NCBI GenBank assembly: GCA_963783305.1
Contig: CAWAMW010000002.1
Span: 256,001-320,000, forward strand
Direction of reading: 5' to 3'
DNA length: 64,000 nucleotides
DNA from: an uncultured Gemmatimonadales bacterium
Lineage (GTDB): Bacteria > Gemmatimonadota > Gemmatimonadetes > Longimicrobiales > RSA9
The position numbers and the translations under genes are program-made. Below the pieces are notes generated by a model. It had not been told where the DNA came from. It saw only the letters and a list, made by a program, of their open reading frames with translations, and made no database searches. Positions 1-9,911 of this stretch are shown here, piece by piece (positions within the stretch are counted from its first letter, which is position 1; every line of letters starts with the position of its first letter).

Positions 1-1
1 G

Positions 2-262
2 CTCGTGCCGGCCATCGCACTGTCTATCGACCCACGCAGTTCCGAGGTGTACGTGATGACGCGGTCCGGCACCACAGTGGGCGGGCGTCCGGAGCGTGCG
101 ATCCTGAGGCTGTCGGAGCGACTGGAATTCATCGAGGGCTTCACGCTTCCGATCCCCGCCGCGGGCATGGTCTACCTGCCGCGCCGCCACGGGGCGCTGG
201 TCGTGGACGACGTGGACCGGTTCCACCTGTGCGCGTTCCCGCAGTCCGGTGGCCCGGCGTGA
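2..262 (+). CDS. C-terminal end of a hypothetical protein, possibly a beta-propeller (5' truncated by window)
   Basis: Open frame from window start. Beta-strand-rich pattern (ALSIDPRSSEVYVM, ALVVDDVDRFH). Stop overlaps the next GTG start (GTGA at 259-262). Confidence 0.55.
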   Translation, partial: LVPAIALSIDPRSSEVYVMTRSGTTVGGRPERAILRLSERLEFIEGFTLPIPAAGMVYLPRRHGALVVDDVDRFHLCAFPQSGGPA

Positions 263-864
263 TCCGTCTCGAGAGCGTGACCGTGGCGCGCGGTGCCAAT
301 CCGGTCGTCGAGGATCTCGACATGGACGTGGCGCCAGGACGCGTGTTCTGGGTCCTCGGTCCAAACGGCGCGGGGAAGACCAGCCTGCTTCGGGTCATTG
401 CGGGTCTCGACTCGCCACGCCGGGGTCGGGTGATCCGTATGGGAGACCGGCTGCGCTACTTCCAGAGCGAGATGGCGCTCCCTCCAACGTCCACCGTCGG
501 GAGCTGGGAGCGGCTGCTGCGGCGTCTCGCCCGCGGATCGGGCGCTGCTTCTCCAACGCCCCTCTGGCCCGATGTGAAGTCGCACAGAAGGATCGGCCGA
601 CTCTCGACCGGTCAACGCAAGCGGCTGCTGCTGGACGCGATCCTGCGCCAACCGGGACCACTCGTGCTCGACGAGCCGTTCGAGCACCTCTCGCCGGACG
701 CGAAGAGCGCACTGCGCGACCTGCTGCGCGACCGAGCCCGCCGGGAGGAAGTGGTCGTGGCCACCAACCAGCGCTCGTCGCTCTACCCGGAGATGGCCGG
801 CGTGCACCTCGAAGGGGGCGTGGCCGCTCCGCTGAACGTCGCCCCCGACGCGTCCGGCTCGTGA
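259..864 (+). CDS. ABC transporter ATP-binding protein
   Basis: Walker A GPNGAGKTS, signature LSTGQRKR, Walker B LVLDEPF. GTG start coupled to the upstream stop. Confidence 0.9.
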   Translation: MIRLESVTVARGANPVVEDLDMDVAPGRVFWVLGPNGAGKTSLLRVIAGLDSPRRGRVIRMGDRLRYFQSEMALPPTSTVGSWERLLRRLARGSGAASPTPLWPDVKSHRRIGRLSTGQRKRLLLDAILRQPGPLVLDEPFEHLSPDAKSALRDLLRDRARREEVVVATNQRSSLYPEMAGVHLEGGVAAPLNVAPDASGS

Positions 865-1586
865 TCCCGGGCGCCCGCGGACTCGGACGTGGCCTGTGGC
901 TCGGGCGGTACACGGCCGCGGCCAACCTCGGCCGCTGGCTGACGCGCGGCGGCCTGATAGCGGGTGCCGGCGTCATGGCACTCGGGTGCGCGCTGTCTCT
1001 CCAGCGAGGGAGGGGCTGGACCTTCGACGCGGACATCGGGCTCATGGGCTTCTTCATCATGGCGCTCTTCGCGGCTCGATCCGGCCAGGAAGAGCAGCGA
1101 GAGCTCGGCCTCGACACGTTCCTCCGCCACAACCTCGTCTCGCCGGTGGAGCACGCGTTCGGGCTGCTGGTCGCCCTCGTCGCCACCTGGCTCACCGTCT
1201 GTGCCGCGGCCTTCCTCGCGATCCTGGCGGTGACCGCCGGCGACGTCGCGACGGCCGCGTGGTACACGACGGCGTGGGGTCTCAGACTCCTCGTCCTGCT
1301 CGGGTTCGTACCGCTCGTGGAGTCCATGGCCAGCCTCCGGCTCCCGCTGATCCTGCCGGTCTTTGCCTACTGGGGGTTGGCCATGGCCCTCGTGATCGCC
1401 CTGCCGGAGGACGACGCCATCGCGCTGTTCATCCCGGTAGAGCACGGGGACTGGGGCGCGCTCGCCCGACTCGCGCTGCAGGGAGTCCTCTCCTTCGCGG
1501 CCACCTCCTCGCTGTTCCTCGCACTGTCCGTGGCCGGATCCCGGCTCCGGCTGCGGCTCCAGCAAATGGTCCCGTTCCGCCATTGA
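861..1586 (+). CDS. Multi-pass membrane protein, probable ABC permease
   Basis: About 6 hydrophobic segments in the 3' part of ORF 249..1586. GTGA overlap with the ATPase stop. Confidence 0.75.
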   Translation: MIPGARGLGRGLWLGRYTAAANLGRWLTRGGLIAGAGVMALGCALSLQRGRGWTFDADIGLMGFFIMALFAARSGQEEQRELGLDTFLRHNLVSPVEHAFGLLVALVATWLTVCAAAFLAILAVTAGDVATAAWYTTAWGLRLLVLLGFVPLVESMASLRLPLILPVFAYWGLAMALVIALPEDDAIALFIPVEHGDWGALARLALQGVLSFAATSSLFLALSVAGSRLRLRLQQMVPFRH

Positions 1587-1653
1587 GGTGCCCCGTACCC
1601 GGGGCAATCATGGGGGTGAGTCGCGGGACACGGACCCATACCCGGAGGACATC

Positions 1654-1869
1654 ATGTGGACAGGGAAGCTGAGCGCGGTCTCTCTCATCTTCGGTCTGAC
1701 GCTTACTCTGCTGGCGGTGCCGGACACAGCCGCGGCGGCGGACTGCGGTGGCGGCTATATCGCGTGTCTGAACGACGCGGGCGCGATCGGCAGCTCCGAC
1801 GCGCTGCACGAGAGCGAGTGCTACGGCCGCTACTGGACCTGCGTCATGCGACAGATCCGGACGTACTGA
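1654..1869 (+). CDS. Small secreted Cys-rich peptide (71 aa, twin Cx6C)
   Basis: GGAGG RBS at 1644-1648. Signal peptide MWTGKLSAVSLIFGLTLTLLAVPDTAAA followed by DCGGGYIAC...ECYGRYWTC. Confidence 0.75.
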   Translation: MWTGKLSAVSLIFGLTLTLLAVPDTAAAADCGGGYIACLNDAGAIGSSDALHESECYGRYWTCVMRQIRTY

Positions 1870-3484
1870 GCCGGCCCGGATCGACGGGAGCGTGGCGGTC
1901 GGCCGTCGGCATGGCCGCCGCAGCCCGCTCAGCGAGCGCGGTGATCGTGAGCGATGGGTTTACGCCCGGGTTGGCGGAAACCGCCGACCCATCGATGACA
2001 TAGAGCCCCGGGTAATTCCAGACCTGGTGGGACGCATCGATGACTCCGGACTCCGGCCCATCTCCCATAACGCAGCCGCCGAGGATGTGTGCGGTCGTGG
2101 GGATGCCGGTGAGCGTCTCCGTGACGAAGCTCACCGGGTAGCCGCCGGTCAGCTCGGCCACCTGCTCACCCAGCGCCGTGGCCGCCGGAATGGACGCCCG
2201 GGGTGCCGACCCGCGGGAGACGCGGGTCGTGAGCCCGCCCCGGCCCCTGCGGGCGCGGGTGGTCAGCCGGAGGTGGCTGTCATCCGTGCTCATGTAGAGG
2301 AGGATCAGCGTGTGCCGGGCCCAGTCGCGCACCAGCCACGCACGGGCGGTGCGGACGGGATGGCGCAGAACTCTTTTCGTGGCCGCGGCCAGCCTCTGCC
2401 GGAGCGTGTCGCCCGGGGCGTGGGGCGCCTGGAGCAGGCGCAGCACTCCGGAGCCCGCTGGGTAGCGGACGGGCTCCAGCGTCGAGCCATCGTGGGCCAT
2501 GATGGACGTGATGGCGACGCCCTCGGACATATCGCGGTCCGGGGCCACGATCCCCATGAGGACCTCGGAATTGGTCCGCACGAACTCCCCCAGGCGCGGG
2601 GAGAGGTCTGGCAGCCCATCGGATTCCGAACGCATGCGAAGCAGGAGCGGCACCGTGCCGAGCACACCGGCGGACAGCACCACGTTCCTGGCCTGATAGA
2701 TCCGACTGGAACGGCGCCAGGGTCGTGGCCCCTCCCGCACCTCGACGGTGTACCTGTGCGGACCAATGGCTGTGCTTCCGCGCTCGGTTCCGCCGCGGCG
2801 CACCGCCGTCACCTCGGTCTGCGTACGGACCTCCAGCCCCTGACGCTCAGCCAGCCAGAGGTAGTTGCGGTCCAGTGTGTTCTTGGCGCCGTGGCGACAC
2901 CCAACCATGCACCCGCCGCAGTGGGTGCAGCCGGTCCGGGCGGGGCCGCCCCCATCGAAATAGGGATCGGGCACCGTCTCATCCGGCTCTCCAAAATGGA
3001 CGCCGACCGTAGTGGGCACGTGCTCCGACTCGAGTCCCCGTGACCGCGCCACCTGGCGGAGGAGCGTGTCGGCATACGAGTCGAAGGGGACCCGCGCGGC
3101 GCCCAGCATACGGAGGGCTGTGTCGTAGTGGGGGCTCAGCTCGTGTTCCCAGTCGCCGAGGTGTCCCCAGGATGGTGCACGAAAGAAGGCATCTCCCGGG
3201 CGCTGGAGCACCCCCGCATAGACCAGGGAGCCACCTCCCAGCCCCACCCCTGACAGAGCGGTGATGTGCCGCAGGAAGGTCATCCGGAACGGCCCCCGCA
3301 GGCCGAGCGTCGGGAGCCAGAACCATCGGCGAAGATTCCAGGTGCTCTTCGCGAAGTCCCCCGGGGCGTACCGCCGCCCCTGCTCGAGGAGCAGGACGCG
3401 GTGCCCCTTCTCCACGAGCCGGAGCGCGGCGACGCTTCCGCCGAACCCGGAGCCCACGATGATGTAGTCCCAGTCCGTTCGCAT
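1844..3484 (-). CDS. GMC family oxidoreductase (cholesterol oxidase-like)
   Basis: FAD motif DYIIVGSGFGGSV, GVGLGGGSLVY, CTHCGGCMVGC, C-terminal TAHILGG and NPGVNPSLTITALAE. Confidence 0.9.
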   Translation of the reverse strand: MRTDWDYIIVGSGFGGSVAALRLVEKGHRVLLLEQGRRYAPGDFAKSTWNLRRWFWLPTLGLRGPFRMTFLRHITALSGVGLGGGSLVYAGVLQRPGDAFFRAPSWGHLGDWEHELSPHYDTALRMLGAARVPFDSYADTLLRQVARSRGLESEHVPTTVGVHFGEPDETVPDPYFDGGGPARTGCTHCGGCMVGCRHGAKNTLDRNYLWLAERQGLEVRTQTEVTAVRRGGTERGSTAIGPHRYTVEVREGPRPWRRSSRIYQARNVVLSAGVLGTVPLLLRMRSESDGLPDLSPRLGEFVRTNSEVLMGIVAPDRDMSEGVAITSIMAHDGSTLEPVRYPAGSGVLRLLQAPHAPGDTLRQRLAAATKRVLRHPVRTARAWLVRDWARHTLILLYMSTDDSHLRLTTRARRGRGGLTTRVSRGSAPRASIPAATALGEQVAELTGGYPVSFVTETLTGIPTTAHILGGCVMGDGPESGVIDASHQVWNYPGLYVIDGSAVSANPGVNPSLTITALAERAAAAMPTADRHAPVDPGRLSTSGSVA

Positions 3485-3761
3485 TGGCGGACGCTTCCGG
3501 CTTTGAAGGTGGGTGGGGGCTGCGGAGGACGGCCGTCGCGGCACCCGGGTGTACCTCATAATACGACCGCCGGCTCCGCTCACGCGACCTTCGCGATTCC
3601 TCCACAGGTGATCAATGCGCGTCCGGGGGCAACCGAGAGCGTGGCAGAACGAACGGACACGGCGTTAGCTTGCGTATCAGGCCGTTTCGGACGGGGAAAC
3701 GATTCTGCGGCTCGCTCCGTCTAAGAGGTGGGCATCGGATGACACCAGGGGGGCTGGGATC

Positions 3762-5561
3762 GTGAGTTCAGGCGGGTTCTTCTTCGAGCTTCGACGGCGC
3801 CGGGTCTGGCGCGTGGCCGGCGCCTACGCCTTAGTGGTGTGGATGGTGGTCGAGGTCGTGCTGGAGACCGGCCCAGTCCTCGGCCTCCCGGAGTGGGTGT
3901 CCCGTACGGTGGTCATCCTCGCCTTCCTCGGGTTCCCCATCACGCTGGTGCTGGCGTGGGTCTTCGATCTGACCGCGCACGGGGTCGTCCGTACGCCCTC
4001 CATGGGCGTGGGAGCCGCCGAAGACACGCGCGGGCCACCGGCGATTCACACCGCCCCGGGGGACCGGGCTCGCCTGGCCGGCGTGTTCGGGGCCGGCATG
4101 GTCGTCGCCCTCGTCGGCTTCGGCGCCTATGCGGCCATCCAGCCGACCCCTCTGATCCGCCCCGAGACGATCCAGGCCATCGCCGTCCTGCCGCTCTCGG
4201 ACCTCAGCCCCGCGGGCGACCAGGCATACTTCACCAACGGGATCACCGAGGAGCTGATCAACCGGCTCGCGCGCGTCCCGGAGCTACGCGTCGTCGGCCG
4301 GACGTCGGCGTTCGCGCTGCGTGAGCAGGGCGCCGGGCTCTCGGAAATCGCCCGGCAGCTGCGGGTGGACGCCGTTGTGGAAGGAAGCGTTCGTCGCAGC
4401 GGTGACCGGCTGCGCGTCAACGTGGAGCTCGTGGATGCCACCACAGGGTTCCAGATCTGGTCGGAGAGCTACGACCGGACCGTGGAAGACATCTTCGCGA
4501 TCCAGGACGAGATCTCCGGCGCCATCGTGGACGCCCTCCGGGTCCAGCTAACGCCGGGCGCATCGCGCCACCGGGCGGGCACCGAGAGCGTGCGCGCCCA
4601 CGACGCGTACCTGCTGGGGCTCAGCCGCTGGCACGCGCGCTCGGAGGAGGACCTGCTGCAGGCACTCGAGTACTTCGGCCAGGCCATCGAGGAGGACCCG
4701 GCGTACGCACCGGCCCGATCGGGTCTGGCACTCACCTACGCCGTCCTTCCCTGGTACAGCGACATGCCGTCGGAGCTGGCGGCCGACCGCGGCCTCGATG
4801 CTGCCGCCCGCGCGCTGGCTCTCGATGCCCAGAACGCCGAGGCCCACGCGGCCATCGGTCAGATCGCCCAGGCGCTGGAGTGGGACCTACCGGCCGCGGA
4901 GATGGCCTACCGTCGGGCGCTGGAGGCGCAGCCGAGCTACGCCACGGGGCACCAGTGGTACGCCGAGACGCTCCTGCTCATGGGCCGGCTCCAGGAGGCG
5001 CGACAAGAGATCGCTACGGCCATGTCCATCGACCCGCTGTCGGTCGCCGGGCAGTACATCCAGGCCTACATCGAGATCGCCCGCCGCGACCTGGACGCCG
5101 CCGTCGCCGCGTATCAGCGACTCATCCAGACCAACCCCGGGTACGTCCTGGCCCACGTGGCTCTCCTCGATCTCTGCCTTGCGGCAGATTGCCACGACCT
5201 CGCCGAATCCGCGGCGCGCGAGGCCTATACGCCCGATGTGGCCGCCGCGCTCCAGGAAGTGATCGCCGCGGACCGCGCCGCGTACGACCAGAGCGACGAT
5301 CGCGACGCCCTGCGCGCGTCGGCTCTGGCGCGCCTCCAGTCCCTCAATGGCGAGGTCGCACCCGCGCACCTGGCGCTGTTCCACGCGGCACTCGGAGATA
5401 CGAACGTCGCGCTGGACCGGCTGGAGCAGGCATACGCGGAGGGGGAGGACCCGAGCCTCCTCTTTGCCCTGGTCCACCCCCTGTTCGATCGCATGCGCCG
5501 CGAGCCCCGCTTCGTCGCCATAACGCGGAACCTCGGCGTCGAGGCGCCGCTGGCGCGCTGA
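3762..5561 (+). CDS. Membrane-anchored TolB-N-like/TPR protein (no catalytic domain seen)
   Basis: N-terminal FFFELRRRRVWRVAGAY TM segments, IAVLPLSDLS...YFTNGITEELINRL domain, several TPR-like helices. Confidence 0.8.
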   Translation: MSSGGFFFELRRRRVWRVAGAYALVVWMVVEVVLETGPVLGLPEWVSRTVVILAFLGFPITLVLAWVFDLTAHGVVRTPSMGVGAAEDTRGPPAIHTAPGDRARLAGVFGAGMVVALVGFGAYAAIQPTPLIRPETIQAIAVLPLSDLSPAGDQAYFTNGITEELINRLARVPELRVVGRTSAFALREQGAGLSEIARQLRVDAVVEGSVRRSGDRLRVNVELVDATTGFQIWSESYDRTVEDIFAIQDEISGAIVDALRVQLTPGASRHRAGTESVRAHDAYLLGLSRWHARSEEDLLQALEYFGQAIEEDPAYAPARSGLALTYAVLPWYSDMPSELAADRGLDAAARALALDAQNAEAHAAIGQIAQALEWDLPAAEMAYRRALEAQPSYATGHQWYAETLLLMGRLQEARQEIATAMSIDPLSVAGQYIQAYIEIARRDLDAAVAAYQRLIQTNPGYVLAHVALLDLCLAADCHDLAESAAREAYTPDVAAALQEVIAADRAAYDQSDDRDALRASALARLQSLNGEVAPAHLALFHAALGDTNVALDRLEQAYAEGEDPSLLFALVHPLFDRMRREPRFVAITRNLGVEAPLAR

Positions 5562-5570
5562 GGCCGTCCG

Positions 5571-6530
5571 CTACGCCATCGCCGTACCCGTGTGCTCGGT
5601 CGACACGGGAGCCACCGTCTCCATGTATCCCCACGCCGGCACGCCCACGTCCACCGCCAGTGGACGGTAGAGGAACATCGGCAGAGCACTGCCCCGGACC
5701 ACGCTCTCGGCTACGCTCCCCAGGATCAGCCGCCTCAGTCCGCCACGACCGTGCGTCGCCATTGCGACCACGTCCACATCGCCGCGCCGTGCCTCCTCCA
5801 CGATCCCGGCCGCCGCGTTCCCCTTCTCCACCACCCGCACATCCACGGCCCCAAACTCCTCGCCGATCTCGCTCCGCACTTTCCGGAGGAAACGCTCCGC
5901 CGACTCCGCCGACCGCTCACCAGGCCGCAGCAGCCGCACGAGCCCGTTGTGACGGGTCACGACCTCCAGCAGCGACAGTCGCGCCGACGTGGCACGGGCG
6001 AAGTGGAGCGCGGCCTTGATCACCTCGCAGGAGAATGGAGACCCGTCCAGTGTGATGAGCATCCGGCCCAGCGGCGGAAGCGCCTGCCCCGCCCGGACCA
6101 GCAGGACCGGTACCCCACCCCCCGCGAGCAGCTCCCGAACGGAGACCGGCAGCCCGTCCAGGTGCGCATCTCGCACCGCCGCCACCACCAGCACCCGCTC
6201 CCCCTCATCGTGCAGGCGCTGCGACACCGGAGCATGCACCACGCGACTGGTCACGGTCACGCCGGGCTCCGAGTCGGCCACTGTCTCCGCCAGCCGATTC
6301 AGCCACTCCACCTCGTGCTCTTCCGCCTCGCGGTCCCGGTCATCCCACGCCTCCACCAGGCCCTGGTAGCGGAACTGGGGCAACCCCTCGAGCTCTGCGG
6401 GTGCCTCCTGCGGGTGATGGACGTGGAGCAGCGTCAGCGCGCATCCGAGCATTCGGGCCAGGGGACGCGCGGCGGCCACGGCATCCATGCCGTCGCCCTC
6501 GTCGATGGGTACGATGATCCGGTCGTACAT
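5571..6530 (-). CDS. Tandem-domain universal stress protein
   Basis: MYDRIIVPID, ITLDGSPFS, and MATHGRGGLRRLILGSVAESVV USP motif. GGAGG RBS. Confidence 0.9.
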   Translation of the reverse strand: MYDRIIVPIDEGDGMDAVAAARPLARMLGCALTLLHVHHPQEAPAELEGLPQFRYQGLVEAWDDRDREAEEHEVEWLNRLAETVADSEPGVTVTSRVVHAPVSQRLHDEGERVLVVAAVRDAHLDGLPVSVRELLAGGGVPVLLVRAGQALPPLGRMLITLDGSPFSCEVIKAALHFARATSARLSLLEVVTRHNGLVRLLRPGERSAESAERFLRKVRSEIGEEFGAVDVRVVEKGNAAAGIVEEARRGDVDVVAMATHGRGGLRRLILGSVAESVVRGSALPMFLYRPLAVDVGVPAWGYMETVAPVSTEHTGTAMA

Positions 6531-6729
6531 GCGGCCTCCTTCATGGCGGGGACTGGCGGGAGCAGATCTCTCCAATTGCAACGTGCACTTCGGCAGGCCC
6601 GTTCGTCTGTCGGATTTTGCTTGATTCTCGGGTGGGGCCTTCGCCGACACAGGCATCGCATTGCCGCGCGGCGCGTCTAAGACACGTCCGACGGTTGCGG
6701 GTTCACCGCGCCGGCAATACCCTCCCGCC

Positions 6730-7389
6730 ATGCCCACGCCTGCGGTCGAGGATTACCTCAAGACCATCTACCTGCTCACTCAGGGCGACCTGCCCGTGGG
6801 GACGTCGGCCATCGCCGAACGGCTGGGTGTCGCCCCCGGCTCCGTGACGGGGATGCTCAAGCGGCTGGGGCAGCAGGGGCTGGTCGAGCACGAGCGCTAT
6901 CAGGGCGCGCGCCTCACGCAGCAGGGCGCTCGGGAGGCGATCCGGATGATCCGCCGCCATCGCATTCTCGAGCTCTTCCTCGTGGAGGTCCTCGGCTACA
7001 CCTGGGATCAGGTCCATTCGGAGGCGGAGCGCCTGGAGCACGCGGCGTCGGACGAGCTCGTCAACCGTATGGCCGCGGCTCTCGGGGACCCTGACTCCGA
7101 CCCTCACGGACATCCGATCCCCGGACCCACCGGGCAGTTCCGGAGCCGACCGCTCCCCACGCTTGCCGACCTGGAGCCGGGTCGGTCTGCGACCCTGCGA
7201 CGGGTGAGCGACGAGGACCCCGAGGCGCTCCGCTACCTCGCCCGCCTGAACCTGGTCCCCGGCGTGCACATCGAGGTGCTGGAGCGGACCCCCTTCGACG
7301 GGCCGCTCCGGATCCGCGTCGCGGAGACGGAGGAGATGGTGGGACTGGAGCTCGCGCGACGACTGCGGGTCGAGCCCTCCGACGAATGA
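6730..7389 (+). CDS. DtxR/MntR family metal-dependent repressor with FeoA-like C-terminal domain
   Basis: EDYLKTIY, RRHRILELFL, VHSEAERLEH, DPHGHPIP. Confidence 0.93.
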   Translation: MPTPAVEDYLKTIYLLTQGDLPVGTSAIAERLGVAPGSVTGMLKRLGQQGLVEHERYQGARLTQQGAREAIRMIRRHRILELFLVEVLGYTWDQVHSEAERLEHAASDELVNRMAAALGDPDSDPHGHPIPGPTGQFRSRPLPTLADLEPGRSATLRRVSDEDPEALRYLARLNLVPGVHIEVLERTPFDGPLRIRVAETEEMVGLELARRLRVEPSDE

Positions 7390-7964
7390 GCCGGGACGAC
7401 CGGGACGCGCGGGTCGTCTTCACGATCGGCCATTCCACCCGCACCATCAATGAGCTGACCGACCTGCTCACTCGCAACGGCGTCCAGCGTCTCGTGGACG
7501 TTCGACGGTTCCCGGGCTCCCGCCGGCACCCGCACTTCAACCGGGAAGCGCTCGCCGGGAGCCTGGCCGACGCTGGCATCGTCTACCGCCACGCCCCCGA
7601 GCTCGGCGGCCGCCGCGGCGCTCCCGACCCGGCCTCCCCCAACACCGGCTGGCGCAACGCCAGCTTCCGGGCGTACGCCGATCACCTGGGCACACCAGAG
7701 TTCCGCGAGGCGCTGGAGACGCTGCTGGAAGACGCGGTGCGGGGGCCGGTAGCGATCATGTGTGCGGAGGCCGTCCCCTGGCGCTGTCATCGTCAGCTCA
7801 TCTCGGATGCCCTGGTCGCCCGGGGCCACCCGGTCCTCCACATCCTGTCCGAGGCCGAGCCGCGACCGCATGAGCTGAACGAGATGGCCCGGACCGACCC
7901 GGAGGGTGGCGTCACCTACCCGGGGGCGGCGCCGGAGCAGCGGGAGCTTTTCGGCGGAAGCTGA
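7386..7964 (+). CDS. DUF488 family protein
   Basis: FTIGHSTR, LVDVRRFPGSRRHPHF, MCAEAVPWRCHRQLISD. ATGA overlap with dtxR. Confidence 0.9.
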   Translation: MSRDDRDARVVFTIGHSTRTINELTDLLTRNGVQRLVDVRRFPGSRRHPHFNREALAGSLADAGIVYRHAPELGGRRGAPDPASPNTGWRNASFRAYADHLGTPEFREALETLLEDAVRGPVAIMCAEAVPWRCHRQLISDALVARGHPVLHILSEAEPRPHELNEMARTDPEGGVTYPGAAPEQRELFGGS

Positions 7965-8003
7965 CGGCGGCCGACCTCCCGACCGCCGATCACGGCGGGG
8001 CTC

Positions 8004-8837
8004 CTACAGGCTGGCGCCCGTGAGCGCGCGGTAGCTCTTGAGGTGGCGGAGCGCCGACATCCGATCGCCACGCTGCTCGTACAGGCGAGAGAGGTTGTAG
8101 TGTGCATCGGCGAACCCCGCATCCGCCGCGAGCGCGGCCGTGTAGGCGTCCTGGGCGGCGCGGCAACGACCCAGGTCCTCCAGCGCGAGCCCCAGGTTGA
8201 ACGCCGCCGTGGGGGCGTCGCCACCGGCAGCCGCGAGCGCCCGCCGGTAGTGGACCACCGCCGCCTCCAGCTCGCCGTCCTCCTGGAGCAGGCGCCCCAG
8301 GTTGATGAGCGCGTCCACGTGCAGGGGGTCCAGCTCCAGTACCTTCCCGTACGCGGCCCGCGCCTGCGTGGGGGCATGGCCCTCGAGCTCGATCCCGCGA
8401 TCGAGCCAGTCTCCGGGTGATTCGTTCGACCGCTCCGCGTCGGCGACCGCCGCCCGGTCGAGCGGCTCCACCTGCGCCGCCAGCTCGGCCACGTCGAAGA
8501 CCATTCGGAGCTGCTCGGACCCCGCCTGCCAAGCACGTCCCTCGTCGTGGACCACTACGTTCTCGCCCTCTGCGGCGATGCGGACCTCGGTCAGGCTGCG
8601 GTCGTCGGGGAGCTGACCCTTCAGGCGCCGAAGCGCGCGAAGGATCCGGCGCTGGGGGACCTCCGCATCCAGAAGCTCCTTGGCCGTACGGAGCAGGACG
8701 AGGTCCTGGAACGAGAAGTAATATCGGTTGTTCGGACCTCTCTCGGGGTCGAGGACCCCGGACCGGCCGTATTGCCGGCTGTAGCGGGGAGCGAGCCCGA
8801 TCAGGCTCTCCACGTCACCGGTCGTGTACCCTTTCAT
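8004..8837 (-). CDS. MerR-like HTH plus TPR repeat protein
   Basis: N-terminal YTTGDVESLIGL...RYYFSFQDLVLLR (MerR-like). C-terminal TPRs (ALINLGRLL, AAFNLGLALED, DAHYNLSRLYE). Confidence 0.85.
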   Translation of the reverse strand: MKGYTTGDVESLIGLAPRYSRQYGRSGVLDPERGPNNRYYFSFQDLVLLRTAKELLDAEVPQRRILRALRRLKGQLPDDRSLTEVRIAAEGENVVVHDEGRAWQAGSEQLRMVFDVAELAAQVEPLDRAAVADAERSNESPGDWLDRGIELEGHAPTQARAAYGKVLELDPLHVDALINLGRLLQEDGELEAAVVHYRRALAAAGGDAPTAAFNLGLALEDLGRCRAAQDAYTAALAADAGFADAHYNLSRLYEQRGDRMSALRHLKSYRALTGASL

Positions 8838-8863
8838 GCGGTGCTTCCCGGCACGGGCGCGGC

Positions 8864-9721
8864 TCAACCCGACGCGCCGCCCGCCCTCTTCTTCGGCTTC
8901 TTCTGCGACGACGCGCCCGAGCGCTTCGCCGGCTTCCGCTCTGCCCCACTACCCTCGTTCAGACTCGCCTTGAGCGCCTCCATCAGATCGATGATCTGCG
9001 TTTGCGGCTCCTCCGCCGCGCTCACCGTGATATCCTCACCCTCGACCTTCTTCTGGATCAGCTCCAGCACCCGGTCCCGCACCTCGTCCGTGTACTTCTC
9101 CGGCGCGAAATCCTTCGACGCGATCTGGCCGATCAGCTGCTTCGCCAGCTCCAGCTCCTGCTCCTTCACCTCCGCGTCGCCCATGGGGACCTCCTCGAAC
9201 GGCCGGATCTCATCCGCGTAGCGCAGCTGCTCCATGATCACGCCGTCCTCCTTCGGCGTCAGCAGAACCAGGTACTGCTTCCCCCGCGCCGCATACCGCC
9301 CGAGCGCCGACAGCCCCGTCTCCCGCATCGCCCGCGAAAGCAGCCGGTACGCCCGGTCGCCTCCCTTGTCGGGACCGAGGTAGTATACCTTGTCGATATA
9401 CTCACGGCCCACCTTATCGCGCGGCACGAACTCCTCGATCTCGATGGAGTTGTCGCTCTTCGCCTCCAGCGTTTTCAGCTCCTCGGCGGTGAACGTGACA
9501 TAGCGGTCCTTGGCGAACTCGTACCCCTTCACGAGCGACGACCGCTCCACCACCTCACCGTCCGACGCCCGGATGTACTGGTACTTCACGCGCGACCCGC
9601 TCTCCGGGTCGATCATGTTGAACGATACGCCCGACGAACTGTCCGCCGCCGTGTAGAGCTTGCACGGGACGGTTACCAGCCCGAAGGAGATGGTGGCGTT
9701 GCCGATCGATCGTGGAGTCAT
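8864..9721 (-). CDS. ku: Non-homologous end-joining protein Ku
   Basis: ISFGLVTVPCKLY, LVKGYE, EIEEFVP, IIDLMEALKASL and a basic tail. Confidence 0.96.
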   Translation of the reverse strand: MTPRSIGNATISFGLVTVPCKLYTAADSSSGVSFNMIDPESGSRVKYQYIRASDGEVVERSSLVKGYEFAKDRYVTFTAEELKTLEAKSDNSIEIEEFVPRDKVGREYIDKVYYLGPDKGGDRAYRLLSRAMRETGLSALGRYAARGKQYLVLLTPKEDGVIMEQLRYADEIRPFEEVPMGDAEVKEQELELAKQLIGQIASKDFAPEKYTDEVRDRVLELIQKKVEGEDITVSAAEEPQTQIIDLMEALKASLNEGSGAERKPAKRSGASSQKKPKKRAGGASG

Positions 9722-9911
9722 AATCTGGGAATATTCCCGGGACAGCCACCGGAGGTCAATGGTCGCATCGCCCGAACGAGATCACACGTCGGTGGTGCGC
9801 ATGCATCCGCTGTACTCGGATTTAGCGCCGAGTGACTCCCGTTCGGCGGACCCATGAGCGGGAGTTGACGGCACAGTTGCGCACCCCTGTCTTCCGCCGC
9901 AACAATCCCCC

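Noticed and set aside
6585..6695. Possible DtxR/MntR operator (TAAGACACGTCCGA; TTCGGCAGGCCCGTT)
   Set aside because: Palindromes are too imperfect to support without comparative data.
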